Source of the DNA: Rhizodiscina lignyota
Lineage: Eukaryota
Assembly: GCA_010015805.1 (NCBI GenBank)
Contig: ML978121.1
Location: forward strand, 2,108,001-2,172,000
Reading direction: 5' to 3'
Length of the DNA stretch: 64,000 nt
Every line of letters starts with the position of its first letter. Positions within the stretch are counted from its first letter, which is position 1. Position numbers and translations under genes: made by a program. Below the pieces are notes generated by a model, which worked only from the letters and a program-made list of their open reading frames with translations, had not been told where the DNA came from and ran no database searches. Positions 48,408 to 61,846 of this stretch are shown here, one piece after another.

Positions 48408-49584
48408 TTATTTCATGCCACGAGCGTAACGGCCGGTCCAGTGGTGGGTTGGAAATCCACCCTTGCCACTGCTCTTGCCCTGAAACTTCACAAGAGGCTC
48501 TAGGCGGGAGCGAATGCTAGTTTGGACCGGTCCAATGGAAGCGTCGTAGTCAACAGTGAATACACTAACGGAGCTGAAGCAACCGGAGTTCACAATGACC
48601 GTCTCTCCAGGCAAACTGCAGTCGCCATGGTAGCAAACGTTGCCGCCAGGTGGAACAATATTTTGGAAGGTGAACAGGCCTGATGTCTTATTGAAAAGCG
48701 CCTGATCATAATCGGCTCCTCCAGTCAAGCGCGTCTGAACGAATGGCGGGTTGACGCAGCTGTCGTTGGTCAAGGAAGTGATAACGGGCGTGTTGACCGA
48801 GATGCCATAGCCCAAAGGCATGAGACGCTCTCCAGGCTTGGAGTTCTTGACGAGTGTCTCTACAATATCAACAGCAAGCTGTGCTTGGATGGTCGCAGGA
48901 TCTGGGAAGCCGCTTGGTGTAGTCTTGTTGATCCACTCGAAGCTCCGCTGCTCACTGTTTCCACCGGAGAACATAATACCAGGATAGCCGCGACCAATGG
49001 AGTTGTACGTGTAGCCTGCAGTACCAGAAAGAGTATAGAAAAAGGTACCCAGATTGTTGCCAAAGTTGGGACCAGCGACGACGAGATCTGGTTTCTTGAA
49101 AGGAGCAAAGTTGGGGAGGACATAGTCGAAGGCTACAAAGGCTGTTGCTGCTGGCGTGCCATTGTAATACCTGCGCATGTTAGAAGTAGAAGAGGTAGCG
49201 GCGTAGGATTGGACTTGCCAGATGTTGTGGTCATTTGGATCCGTGCCAATGGATGGTGCACCAGGCGGGATGATGCCAAACTCGGAGCCGTTTGGAAGCG
49301 TAGGGTCACTCGTGAAGACGGAGCGACCACCTTGACCCGACTCGTTATCAGCCTCTGACACGATGACCACAGTGTGTCCCTTTTCTTTCAGCAAGCGATA
49401 CTACATTGCATGGAGCAAATTAGCACGGCTCTGAAATTCATGTTGGTACCACAATATCACTCACAGTTTCACGGATCTGTGCGCTTGCAAAGCCATCATC
49501 ATTGCCCAGGAGGATATTCAAAGAAGAGACCGAAGAAGTGAGCGTCAGTGCCGTGATGGCAATGGCAGCGAATGAGTATTGCAT
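48408..49584 (-). CDS. Secreted SurE-family acid phosphatase / 5'/3'-nucleotidase
   Basis: Signal peptide MQYSFAAIAITALTLTSSVSS, then NILLGNDDG, SGQGG, YNGTPA, PDLVVAGPNFGNNLG and SGT motifs. Confidence 0.92.
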
Positions 49585-49687
49585 CTTGCTTCCAACTCTT
49601 AGATGAGATATGTATAGCAGTGAGAGAGCACACAGCTAGAGTAAGACCTGCCCATCTTACAGAGGCAGCGAGGAGCTACAAATTAAT

Positions 49688-49719
49688 AGCTCACATAGCT
49701 CCCCAGCTCACATAGCTCC
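49688..49719. repeat. 15-bp direct repeat AGCTCACATAGCTCC x2 upstream of the SurE gene
   Basis: agctcacatagctcc-cc-agctcacatagctcc, about 105 bp upstream of ATG 49584. Confidence 0.6.
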
Positions 49720-51703
49720 ATCTTTGCGTCATCCATCGCAGCCATCGATGCACCCAAGACCTCGGATTCTCCGTTGAGCGCGCGAGTTTCGCGCACTCGA
49801 ACCGATCGCAGCCCCCAGAAGCCTGAAGGACGATTAAAGCATGCTTGGAAGCGGGACGAACTATCAATCGAACGCATATGCAGGAACGTTCCTTACGTCT
49901 ATCGCCCAATGGATGTGGAGGATGAAAGGCACGTTTTCTGTGAGTCGTGCCGCCTTGGTAGCTCCTGCAGCAGGGTTCGACTCTGGCCGGAATCCCTACG
50001 TCTTGAGCGCGTTATGTCAGCGGCTTGCCTGGGAAAAACAAACATCTCGACCTTTAACACCTTCCTCATATTCTCCCTCATCAAAGGTGTTTTGGAATAA
50101 GCTGCCCACGCAGTGAGAATATACTCCTCTACTGACACGTTTGTGCCCACGTTATTGTGAAAACGGGTAGATACGACAAAATATTTGAGATTTTACGAAA
50201 GAAAGCCAGCTGCTTTTCAGAATGATGAATAACATTTGGAATGCGAAGAATCGTAGCTTTCCATTGTGACCGCGAGAAGATACAACGTGGAGGTAAGCCA
50301 TACTCCATACATACGAAATGGCGCCCCATATGAACCCACATCATTTCTAACCAATGCTCCATTCTCACACGATCGCGCTTCAAAAGTCTAATGCTGATTG
50401 GCTGCGTGTATGCATCCTGGTGCTCATTGGGTCCTTCGATGTTCTCACGAAATGAGGCATCGCTGGGCCTCCGGAGGTGTCACATCATTGTATTTCGTTC
50501 CCGTAATAAGATGGCCGAGGTGAATTCCAGTGGAAGAGGACGTCGAAAGAAAAGTATGACTGTTGAAGAATAAAGAGAACTTTTGAAAGGTAGACGCTAA
50601 CCTAAAATGGCTAGACTACCATGACGCGCGAGAATCCATTGACACATAAAAAGAGCGAATGAAAACTTCTCCTCCTCCATTGACACAAGGGTGCACGATA
50701 TCTCCCAGAGGATTTGCTCCTATTTATCATCACAAAGACCATAATTGACGCGGAGACGCCGTGTTTGGTCCACGACATTTCGTCATCGAGAATTTTCCTC
50801 ATGACCAACAAGGACCGGCAGCCGTGACCTCGGAGCACAATTCCGCGTCACGGCTCGACGACTTTCCATGAGGCAAGACCTTGACAAGCTGATACAGTTT
50901 CCATCGCACGTGCCAAGATTAAAGTTTAGACCAAGGCCTTGAAATGGATATCAAAAGCTGGCTTGGCAGGTTGAGCCCCGCTCCGGCTTCTCTGCAACTT
51001 GGCCATGAAGGGAGGCGCCTGACGTAGGTTATTGTAGGTTTCGATATCGCTCTGCCCTTTACAAGCTAGTTTCCAATCTTTTCGAATTTCTGTATTCTTC
51101 AGGCTGTTATTACCCGAAAATGCTCATACGGTGGAAGAATTCAACTCACCAAAACCAGATGTAATCATTGCATAGTCGCCATAGGTCATACATTTCTGGC
51201 TGACCCCTAATTAATTATCACCCAAGGAGTCCCGAGAACCGTTACGACAGTATATATAACTGTGTAGCTATGTCAATTTGAAAGAGTTTGGGTCATGATA
51301 CTTCATTGCCTCGGATCCTCATGCACTTGAAACTCAAACAGGCTCAATATCCCACGATATCCCTCCCAAGACCCACCAACTAGGCAAGAGATGCCCAAAG
51401 ACAAGTCTTGGATTTAGGAATCGGAACCTCCAAGATTTCGCTATGCGTAGCGCAGCTCCCGCTATGGAGAAAATGCCTGGGACCGAAACCATTATTCATA
51501 TCCATACCACATCCAAGATTGGCATCCAGCGTATAATACGACTGATAGTTCTTGTTTGAGATGGATGGTCTGTGGGAAGATCTTTGAGCTTCCCTTTCAG
51601 TTTCCAACCTTACACTTGCGCATCCAGCAAGCCACACACCAAGTCACGCACAACGAGCAATTAAAGTTCACAGCGGAGAAGCGGAGTAAAAAAACAGTCG
51701 TAG

Positions 51704-52092
51704 CAGCTGGGACCGATCAAGTCTAATGAGACAGCACCGAAGTGTGATCATGCGGCAGAACGGTTGTCTAGCTATCTGGCGTTTGCCTATATCGCTGGTC
51801 TGTTGATCTTTGGTGTCCCTCTAATGCAAGTCTGCAGCGGTTGGCGGTGTGGGCGGAGGCTTGGACTGCATATCGGAAATTGTTACGCTGTCGTGCTTGT
51901 CCTTTTCTTTATCCTTTGCATCGCTTCCGCAGTATTATGCATGCTCTTTCCCGTTGGGTGTTTGCTGACTTACCCAAGACATTTTTTGGGCGTGGAGCGG
52001 AACCACTTCGATGGTCAGACTCATTGAGGCGAATCTACCTTTCAGCTCTTGGCAAATTCTCTGACCCGACTCGCTATATATACCATGAATAG
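51704..52092 (+). CDS. Possible small membrane protein (3' exons only; start not found)
   Basis: Two hydrophobic helices (YLAFAYIAGLLIFGVPLM, YAVVLVLFFILCIASA) followed by an intron-like GT..GCTGAC..AAG and a short in-frame tail. Confidence 0.3.
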
Positions 52093-52328
52093 CGATTACG
52101 ACGACATGGAGAACGACCACGGCCCACTGTTAATAATCTCAGAGCTCGCAAGAGTCTGAGTAAGCAGATCCTTTCCTAATCTGGTAAATTCGAAAGATCC
52201 TACGTTGAAGAGAGGCTTGTCGATTTAAGAGCGGCCGTTGCAGGTTGTTGATTGTGCCGATAATCCTCAGGCCATTTGAAATTTCGAATGCCTCTGCAAT
52301 TCTTGGGAAATCATTTTCTGTCACTGTC

Positions 52329-53161
52329 ATGGCAACTACCCTTTCAAAACCAGTTCTTGTTTTCATTCCTGGAGCCTGGCACACGCCCAAGTGTTTTAAG
52401 GAGGTCATAAATATTCTAGTGGCGCAAGGTTTTGAATGTGATGCAGTGTCACTTCCCTCCGTCGGAGCGGAGGCGCGTGGCGAGGAGCCCGTCAAGAACT
52501 GGGATCCCGATGTCGAGGCCATCCGAAGTACCATTACATCGTACCTGAACCTGGGCAAGGATGTTGTTCCGATTGCGCATTCGTACGGGGGAACTTGTGC
52601 TTCTCAAGCGGTGATGGGGCTATCACCGAAGGACCGAGCCAAGGAGGGCAAGGAAGGATCTGTGAGGAGAATGATTTACATCTCCGCACTGCTTCTCAAG
52701 GTTGGTGGTTATATATGGGAGAGCTCCGGAGGAAAGCCATGGGGAGGTGTTGTGAGGTTAGAGGTAAAAAAAAAAAAAACACTGGAGAGTGGCTGTATGA
52801 AAAGAACTAATTTGCTAGACAGGGAGGCGAACAAGACGGAGTAATCTATCCAACAGAATCACGAAACTGGTTCTACGGCGATCTTTCGGATGAAGAGGCA
52901 GCGGAGGCAGCGAAGGATCTGCAAAGTGAAGCTTGCGGAGTCTACCTTTCGAGAGCGACGTACGAGCCATGGTTCGACATTCCGTGCACCTATATCCGAT
53001 GCACACGCGATAAGTGCGTTCTCCCTGAATTTCAGGAATATATGCTGCAAACAGCCGGCGGGCACATGGACGCTGTGATGTTCGACTCAGATCACTCCCC
53101 GTTTCTCAGCAGACCGAAGTTAATGGCGGACATGATCCAGGCACAAGTAATGAAAGGCTAA
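52329..53161 (+). CDS. Alpha/beta hydrolase (methylesterase/Abhydrolase_6-like)
   Basis: LVFIPGAWHTP, nucleophile elbow AHSYGG, MIYISA, C..D (CTRDKAF) and SDHSPFLSRP. One intron at ~52764-52821 containing a poly-A run. Confidence 0.9.
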
Positions 53162-53277
53162 GATTTGCAACCTCTCGATCGGCTGTCTTTGCGTATCAAA
53201 TGGAATCGAGCTTTATTCGGCGGGATAAGTTGATGGCAGAGTTTATTCGGAACAGTCATTCGCTTGACCGGAAGTAA

Positions 53278-54329
53278 TTATTTTGCCTTCTGAGCGTTCT
53301 CATTGTCCGCGATCTTTTGGAAAATGGTTCGAATATCGACGTACTCACAGCCTTGCAGACCGATTTTGAGCAGACCAGGTTCTTTCTTCAGCTCTTCCTC
53401 CCTGGCCTGCAGCTCGTTGACGTCCCAATTCGCCCATACAAGACGGCCATGCAGGAACGTTGCCGCTTTAGTTGAAGCCCACACGCAAAAGTGGCCAGGC
53501 ACATCATCTGTAGAAGGTATCAGTATCCACCGTGGTCCATAGTGCTTCCGCTTTGTGGTTGGGCTTTCATCGTACCGCTGTCCCAAGGGAGCGTATTCTC
53601 ATCGTATCCGTGTCGTTCTGCGGCGGAGGTGAGGATAGCTCCTGGGTGCACGTTGATGATCTGAGCCTTCTCAACTGGGACCTCCTCAGCGAGATGTTGG
53701 AAGAGGTTCGCAATGGCAGCTTTCGACGCCGAATAAGCACCTTGATCTGGAGCGGGATTCGAATGTGCCATGAAGGAACTAATGTGTATCAAAGCCTAGC
53801 ACGAATGTCAGGATTTTCTAAATTGATCAGTCGCTTATGGGACGCATCTCACGTTCGATCTGTCATCAGAAGCTTGAGCGAGGAACAGCTGAGCCATGCG
53901 AAGATTAGCGAGGACATTCGTGTCGAAAGCGGCCCATGTTCTGCTCAAGCCATCAAGCAATGACCCCGTTCTTGCATCGCCGGCATTCAGTACCAACACA
54001 TCGACGAAGATATTTCGCTCTACAAAGTCTCGCCACAAGCTGTGGACTTCAAGATCAGAAGTGAAATCGCAGACACTTCCCGACACCCTGGTACCGGATA
54101 TTGATGTCGAGCGGAGAGAGTTCACCGCCATGTCCAAGGTATCTTTGCGGCGGCCAAGAATGATGACGGAAGCGGCACGAGCCGCAACAAATGCTTTCGC
54201 AATGGTAAAACCGATTCCTTCAGAGCCTCCATTAATGAGGATGGTACGACCAGCCTGCCAGTTCGACTCCGTTTCGGTGGAGATCGCCTCGTAGCTTTCA
54301 CGATGATACCTCTTAGTGAATGTGGCCAT
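53278..54329 (-). CDS. Short-chain dehydrogenase/reductase
   Basis: ILINGGSEGIG, VLVLNAG, IHISS, YSASK, NVHPG and FLHGRLVWANWDV. Two introns. Confidence 0.9.
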
Positions 54330-54951
54330 TGCTTTGAAGTCAGAGAGTAATTTGACAGATTGATAAAGAGTTGGAAGAGAGCAACTTGGATAAGAAATTG
54401 CAGAAGGGGAGAGGCAGTTTTCAAAGACGCATATGGCAATACCGAGTGCTTGATTTCTAAGCTTCTGGGGGGTTTGAAGTCAGGATCAAGCCGTTGCACT
54501 GTGCATGCTTCTTGGTTGATGTAGATTGACATCACATGCCAAGTAGGCTATCGCGTCGGACGAAACGCGGTGAAGTTCAGAGGACGTATCGAAAGATTTC
54601 CCCATTGCGTCTCCCAGGGCCGGCTCTTTTAGAGACGAAGATTTCCTCGTTAATCATGATATTACAAGGGCGTATGATAGTTGATAAATAGAACGTATTT
54701 CGGTCGATGTATGAAAGGGCACAGTCGTTCAGTGCCATGAAAGGATTTTGATAGGACGCGAAGCGGGGAGGAAGGGAAACGCGCGGTCACCTGCTTGGGC
54801 GTCGCGTTAGTACTAATTTGGCAACTCAGCGAGTGCAATATGTGATCCCAAGCATTAGGCGCTGCTTGGCAGATTAATAATGTCTTGCCATATCTGAAGA
54901 GTCCCACTGGATTGGTAGAGTGCTACGTACGGATCCTTACAAGTCGAATTC

Positions 54952-55950
54952 TCAGTAGTACTCCTTCAATTCCTGCTCACACCAATCCCAGAACTTCTCC
55001 GCGCCTCCGAGCCCGCCCTCCTCTTTGCCCCTGAGATTTGCCGTAATGTCACTTCTCATCCATCCAATCCTACCCCACGGAATTATCCATGCTCCGTTAT
55101 CACTTTCGCTCAGCTCTTTCCATCCCGCAAACAGCTCTGTGTATGCTCCAAGGTGGACAGGATGGCCAACGAACCAGTCGAAAACTTGTCGCATAGTGCC
55201 CGGCAGATGGCGTTGCATAGGACTACTCAAATGGCCTGGCTGAAATGCCAAGCTCATGACGCCGTCTCTACCATGACGTCGGGCAAGCTCGCTGGAGAGA
55301 TATACGTTGCCCACTTTCGCCTGGCTGTAATCGTGCATATGGTCTCCACGCTTGGGAGCCCCGGTGCTTTCGTCCCACAAAATACCATTTTTTGGCGAGC
55401 TGAGATCGACTCCAATGCTCCCGGCCCAGGTGACGCGCACCGATCCCGATGGGCTTGTCGCGGCTGTGCTCTTTAAAATCGGAAAGAGGCATTTCATCAG
55501 GACGAAATGACCGAGGCAGTTCGCGCAGAGTTGGAGTTCGTATCCTTGCGCGGATTGTAAGTCTCGTGGAGGGAAGAGAATGCCGGCGTTGTTCGTAAGG
55601 ACATCGAGACGGCTTTCTTTGCTCAGGAAGGCTTCGGCGGCAGGTTTGACGGTCCTCAAGTCGCTGAGGTCGATGTTTATGAATTCCAGTCTGCCCTCAG
55701 ATGCCGGAAACAGGCCCTTCACCTCCTCTATTGCCTGTATCGCATTCTGCTCATTTCTCCCAAAAATGTATACCGTGGCATCCTTTTGGTATAGGATCTT
55801 GACCAGCTCTTTACCAATCCCAGAATAACCACCAGTCACAATGTGGACTTTGCCCCGCTGACTCGGAAGATTGGCCTCGGTGAGTGTAGCCTGTGGAATG
55901 AAGTAGTTTTGGTTGAACAGATTAATGGCTAGACTCAATTGCTGTCCCAT
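54952..55950 (-). CDS. Short-chain dehydrogenase/reductase, retinol dehydrogenase/WWOX-like
   Basis: IVTGGYSGIG, LTNNAGI, NCLGHF, YSQAK, GAYTELFAG and IPWGR. Intronless. Confidence 0.92.
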   Translation of the reverse strand: MGQQLSLAINLFNQNYFIPQATLTEANLPSQRGKVHIVTGGYSGIGKELVKILYQKDATVYIFGRNEQNAIQAIEEVKGLFPASEGRLEFINIDLSDLRTVKPAAEAFLSKESRLDVLTNNAGILFPPRDLQSAQGYELQLCANCLGHFVLMKCLFPILKSTAATSPSGSVRVTWAGSIGVDLSSPKNGILWDESTGAPKRGDHMHDYSQAKVGNVYLSSELARRHGRDGVMSLAFQPGHLSSPMQRHLPGTMRQVFDWFVGHPVHLGAYTELFAGWKELSESDNGAWIIPWGRIGWMRSDITANLRGKEEGGLGGAEKFWDWCEQELKEYY

Positions 55951-56755
55951 TGAAACGACTGAAATGCGTCAAGCTACAAACGAGCTGTGACCAATTGTAC
56001 AATATACGTTGATGGAATATTCGACACTAATGGAGATTGAAGAAGGGCAAGCTACCGCATATTTACTGGGGCAGCGGAAACCATGAGGGAATTGAGTAGC
56101 AGACATCCGCGCTGCTCCTCTACTTATAATAAATATTGTGACGCGGTAGTGTTGACTTCGGTGGCATAACTTACGAGGCGATGATTGCTATCCGGGCGAG
56201 CATCTCGGTAATAAAAATTGGTGTTAAGTCATCCTTTGGTACATTGATTTGAGATTAGGATTCCTCGTACGTGCGGACCGAAGATTGGGTTGGGCAAGAT
56301 CGCCAGTTTCCAGCGAATGATAGACCCTGACTCGGTGGTCGGCATTCCTTAATCAGCACGTATATAGCGGTCCAAATGGTCCGAGACTGACGTTAGCAAC
56401 GGCATCTGGGTCTGTTCTCGATGAGGATCTGAAATTGAAGATGCAGCTTGCGTGCGGCTGACGGGCAAGCAGGGGCAAAGGTGCTTTCAATGCAGGAATT
56501 CCCCACTTCGACATCCGTGCTCATCGTCTGTGCTCCAACTAAGTACTGGCCGATTCCCCTCTACTGCCGTTCTCACGGTTTTTGCAGGATCGCACGCTGC
56601 ACAAGTCCAAGTCAAGTTCTCGAGCAACAGGTCAAGAGTCTCAGACTGCAATAAGTCGAAAATTGCCTGCCTCAATTCTTCCACTCAATCAAGCATTAAG
56701 GGCACAAGAAATTGCTCAAGCTGGTAATTGGTACGGTGTCTGAAATCAAGCTTCT

Positions 56756-57341
56756 CTATTCCTTGACCTCTCGTTTATGGAAAACATCTGTACCTCTAAG
56801 TAAGCCATAGCCCGCCACATATCTGTATATAGCACCTACCTGGTATCTCCGGCATCCACTTCGCCCTACTCTTGCAGAAGAATTCGCCTTTCGGTGGCAG
56901 CGCGTCAGGATCATCTAGTGAGCCGTGGCAGATATAACGAGACGAATCCTTCGCGCCTTCCTAGAAGATGGCGTCAATCTATCATCCTCTCTCCCACATC
57001 AAAGCCCAGGCGTGGACATACACCGTACTCCAAGATGAAGCTTCCGCAAGTGTCGCAGAATTCACGATAAAGCATCACACCCGAGCCATTGTCGGCGGCA
57101 TGCTCTTTAGGCTTGCCTTTGGTGTAGGCGAAAGAGTCCTTCGGAAGTTTGATTGTGAGGCCGTAGTTGGTACCGAACGCTTTCTGGACGGCTCTAGTGA
57201 GTATGTGAAAAGAGCCAGCGGAATATTCGTGCGAACCTTGCAATTTCTGCAATGGCAGAGTGATGTTCGAGCATCAGCGGCCGAATCGAGATTGATCTTG
57301 TATTCTAATGCACGACAGTAGCACGAACCTGTGAGTTGCAT
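56756..57341 (-). CDS. GFA / CENP-V (Mss4-like) zinc-binding protein
   Basis: MQLTGSCYC, LCHCRNCK, REFCDTCGS, GSLDDP and EFFCKSRAKWMP. Three short introns. Confidence 0.88.
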
Positions 57342-57771
57342 CTTGATCGGAACAAATTGGCTCGAATATGATTGGAGTCTTTCGAGAGCCCTGGATTGCA
57401 TGTGGCGCTGGTGCAAAGTGAGGACAATCTTTAATATTTGAAGCTGTTAATTGTAGAACGACGTTGAAACTGCCGATCGAAGTGCGTAATATTGACGTCA
57501 CGAAAACTTAGAAGAGGTAATTGGAAAAGCAAGAAGAGAAAATTAAAGGAGAAAGGGAAGGTATTCTTGTTCTCCTTGACATGCTGGTTCATGGTGAATT
57601 CACTGTTGGAAAAATTGGCTCGTGATGCGGATTTGCGGTGGACGCGCTCCTCCCAAAATACCGGCCTGGACAGCCAGAGCCCCAGAAGTGCGGTGCAAAA
57701 ATTACTCTGAGGACATAGTACAGTTTCTAAGTTTCCTAACCGTATCTACTGGAATCGAGCGTGATACCATC

Positions 57772-59981
57772 CTAATGGAATAGCTTTGGGGGCTTAGCGC
57801 CCTTTTGGAGAAGCGCGTACCTCCTGATCCAGTACATGAGCTGTCGACCGCCGTACGCCGCATGCTTATAAGTTGGTACTGAAAAGACGACGTCCAACTC
57901 CTCGAGCGTCCTGCCCTTGGTCTCCGCCACAAAGAAAAGTACAAGAAAGAAGCCGACAATATTCCAAGCTGCGTACCAGCCAAAGGCTCCTTGAGGCTTA
58001 AAGGCAGTAAGGAGGGAGGGCCAGGTAATACTAAGGACGAAATTGAAGAACCATGTAGTAGCCGTGGCGAGAGCCATTCCTGTCAGTATTCCATTAGAAT
58101 TAATAGCTACGGGCTTAAAAAAAGCTGGTTTTCGCATATTATAGATAAACATACCGTACTCACGGACATAGAGCGGATACGCCTCCGCGGAATAAGTAAA
58201 CGGAACGGGTCCTTCGCCAGGGGAGTATACCATTCCAAAGAGATATATACCCGCAGCAACACATCCAATGCGAACGGAGCGATGTGTGTCAAGTGGAATC
58301 GAGAACGAGAATCCAGTAAATAGCAGAAATATTGCCATGAGAGGGAAGGTTGTGAGTAGTACTGGCATCACATTAGCGTAGATTCGAGCGGATGGTGTAA
58401 TGAATGGCTTACAATTACGGCGGCCAAAAGTGTCAATAGTGTACACGGCCGGAAGAGCGAAAACGAAGTTTAAAACACCGAAAGCCATAGACGCCCCAAG
58501 GGCTGATATTTCGGAAAAGCCCGACTCGACAAAGATGCTGGAGCTGTAGTATGCAATCACGTTGATACCGCAAAATTGCTGCATAAACATTGTGATTTCC
58601 GAGGCAATCATCGCGCGGCGGTTACGAGGTACGCGGACCAATTCGAGAAGCTTGTTGCGGCCGAAAGAGACTTGAGCCTCCGCTTGCAGAAGCTGGCTCA
58701 TATAAAAGATATCACGAGCGGCCTGAATCTTATTATATCGAAGGCGACACATAGCTTGGTAGGCTGCAGCATATCTCCCTTTCGACATATACCAGCGTGG
58801 TGATTCTGGGCACCTTGATAAAGTTAGTTTCCGTCTGAAGACGCAACTTGATTCCCATACATGAAGACAAAGCAACAAACGATGACAGCTGGAATCCCCG
58901 CGCTGGCCATCATTAAACGCCAGTTCAGGCCGACAATACCATGTTGGTCCGGCACGTGATAAAAAGCCTGTATTCTCTTCTTTAGCTATCCCAGGGCCAA
59001 CAATGCCGTCTTCGATTAACTTTTCGTAAACAGTATGGGCTACTCACCAAGTCCGCGGCATATCCAATCATGATGCCAAAAGCGGTCCACATCTGCCACT
59101 GCATAACCAGTGCACCACGGATCGCTGGCGGCGTGCATTCGGCAGCATACTGAAGAAGCATTAGTGTTCATTGCACCGGAGACTGGCAGTTGATACACGC
59201 ACAACTGGAACAGTGGCTGATTTTGGTCCGATGCCCAACCCGAGCGCGAAACGAGCGATGAACATGTGCCACCAGGAATTGACAAAACCTTGCCAGAAGC
59301 AGGCAAGGGTTGAGATAAGACACGTTATAAAGACTGTACCACGGCGGCCAAAAGTGTGATTGAACGGAACGGTCAACCAGCAGCCGATGAAGGCGCAACA
59401 TAGGTATGGGGCCGAGTTAACGAGGCCTACAAGCCAGCTCGATCGATCGTCGCCATTGTTGATCCCGAATTGAGCAGCATAAAAGAGCTGTGCACCATTG
59501 ACAACCGACTCATCTAAGACGAATTAGTCCAGCTAGGGTATTGTGCCTAGTATCAAATACCCATTCCCTGTACAGCAGCGCAAGTCGAGCACAGGATGAT
59601 AACAAGATAGAGAAGTCGCGGCTGACTCCAACGGTGTGTAACCTCTCTCTCTAATGTGTCCATCTCTTCTTTCGTCGCTCTATCTCTTAGTTTTTCGTAC
59701 TGCGTAGGATCCTTCGCAAGAATGGCGCCTAAGCGGAATCCACGTATATCATCTTTGTGCGAAATGGCATAGTCTTGACAAAAGGCCAGAGCCATCTTCT
59801 CCAGGCTTGCATCACTGAATTCGGCCAGCGGATTCTGAAGCCTAGAATTGGCATTGTGACGTAAACGATCGTCGGCAGAGAGAAGCGGAAGAGTGTCATA
59901 GTCCTTCGCCTTCTCGTGGATCTCATCGAGTTCGTAGGACAAGCCATCAATGTCGTATTCGTTCGCCTCCGTGATGTCCAT
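57772..59981 (-). CDS. MFS sugar porter (myo-inositol/polyol transporter-like)
   Basis: [73 protein letters not shown] and [11 protein letters not shown]. Several introns. Confidence 0.93.
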
Positions 59982-60624
59982 GATGGGCAGTTAAGCCCCG
60001 GGCTTCTGCGCACGTGTTGAGAGCACCCTCGAGAAGCTTGAAACGAGCAATATGGCTCTGCATCGGCAATGTGAGGGGCATCTAGAATGCGACGATTGTG
60101 AAAATGTACAAAGTGTACTCCGTAAGTGAAGGAACATCGAAACTTCGGGATAACAGGGCGCCGCCGAGGCTGACAGCTGAAGATCCCAATAACCTCGATG
60201 CGGTAAAAGAAAAGTGTAAGCTTACCCATACAAGGAGCTGATTATGCTTAAAACATGGCCCGAGTTTGGAGCATTAACTCAATATTTAAAATCCGATTTC
60301 ACCATATTCCACAAGTGGTACGCGCGACGCGTTTGGGAAGTGGCCATGCTTGTAACTAGGACTTTGGGGGAGACCGAGGAGACTGGGTGTTGTTAAGCAG
60401 GAGATCGTCCGAATACGGCACATTTCCCCGCAGTGACTTTACAAGAGAAAGCTGTGATGTTGTAGAATTACAAGAAACAATTCCCGGTAGGTAGGTATTG
60501 CAGCGATGACCAAGGAAGCGCCCAATTGGAAGTGGAGACGCTAATATATACACAATGCCAAAAATGCATCCCAGATCGCTGCCGTTTTGAAACAAAATCA
60601 TAATAAAGCTTCAACAGTGCTTGA

Positions 60625-61552
60625 TTATGACCGTAGTCCCAGCAGGAAACTGCCACCCTTATCTCCATTCGCACCACCACTCGGAAGGTAGGTGACGTTT
60701 GGATTATTCGACATCAGCTGTGCAATGTCTTTCTGCGTTTCGATTCTTCTGATCTGGATAAGGCCATCGCCACTCTTCGCAACAGCCTTGCTAATCGTAT
60801 CCGCCGCCTCCGCCTCACCCTCTGCTCTTATAACGTTAGCCTGCCTCTCCTGCTCTGCCTTCTCGACGATAAATCTGGCGCGCTCAGCCTCCTGCTGTGC
60901 GATTTGCTTGTCTTCGACCGCTCGTGTGAACTCCTTGCCGAACGTCATATGCGTGATCGATACATCTTCTAGCGCAATGTTGAATTCTTGGGCACGCTTG
61001 AGGAGGTCGGTGCGGATGCGATTGCTGACGGCTTCTCGTTGGGTAATCAGCTCGGCAGCATCAAATTGGGCGACTATAGCTTTGAGAACTTCGTTGCCGA
61101 TTGAGGGGAGTACACGTTCGTCATAGTCTTGTCCGAGGTTCTGTAAACGTTAGCATGAGAAAATGGGAGAAATGCAAGACAATCATAGTCCTCAGACGTT
61201 ACAGGAATAATGGGGAATGGGCATAACACACCTGATAAATCTTGGGAAGCTGCTGCACTTCTGGTCTATGCAGAACCCTGAGCGTCAAGCTCACCATCTG
61301 CAAGTCCTTGCTGCCAGTTGTTGTGGAGATGTTGCGAGCTTTCGTCCGGACGTCGTATACAATAGCTCTTTGCAGCCAAGGGACCAAAAAGTGTGTTCCC
61401 TCATTGATAACTTGCTCCTTCACTCCCGCCAGGCGGTCAAAAATGACAGCTCGAGTGCCACCCTTGACATCGTATATCGAAGCTTGGAAGAGCGAGATTC
61501 CAATGGCGGCCGGAACTGCCCACCGGTACGTGGCTCCCAGGATGTTTGCCAT
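60625..61552 (-). CDS. PHB1: Prohibitin 1
   Basis: [40 protein letters not shown] and [15 protein letters not shown]. One intron at ~61142-61231. Confidence 0.96.
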
Positions 61553-61846
61553 AGCGGCTCCTTGAGAGAATAGAATATGGCAGCGAAAGGAAGGGAGAAG
61601 TGGCGTAGTTGAGCAGAGCTGTGGTTGTCGCGAAACAAGAGAGCTCTTCGATGGCGTTCATGTTCCTTGGCACTGCGGAGCTTGCCGGCTTCGGGCTAGA
61701 AGCAGCTTTGACATCCTCAAATCCACACCACCTAACTTCATCTTCTCTCAGTCGCCCTTCGAGCTTGCATATACGGTTTTCGGAACCTCCTACAATACCC
61801 CCAAGAACCCCGACCCTCTAGCAAGCCAATTGAACCATTTGCAACA

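Noticed and set aside
49700..51700. Possible cluster transcription factor or transposon in the gap next to SurE
   Set aside because: No Zn2Cys6 motif, transposase or RT motif, or terminal repeats recognised
52766..52779. Poly-A run as a retro-insertion or frameshift
   Set aside because: Lies inside a normal GT-AG intron of the hydrolase gene
56100..56730. TGAT/CTGA words suggesting a C/D snoRNA, and Cys-containing short ORFs
   Set aside because: No full RTGATGA box with terminal stem; ORFs lack ATG context and recognisable motifs
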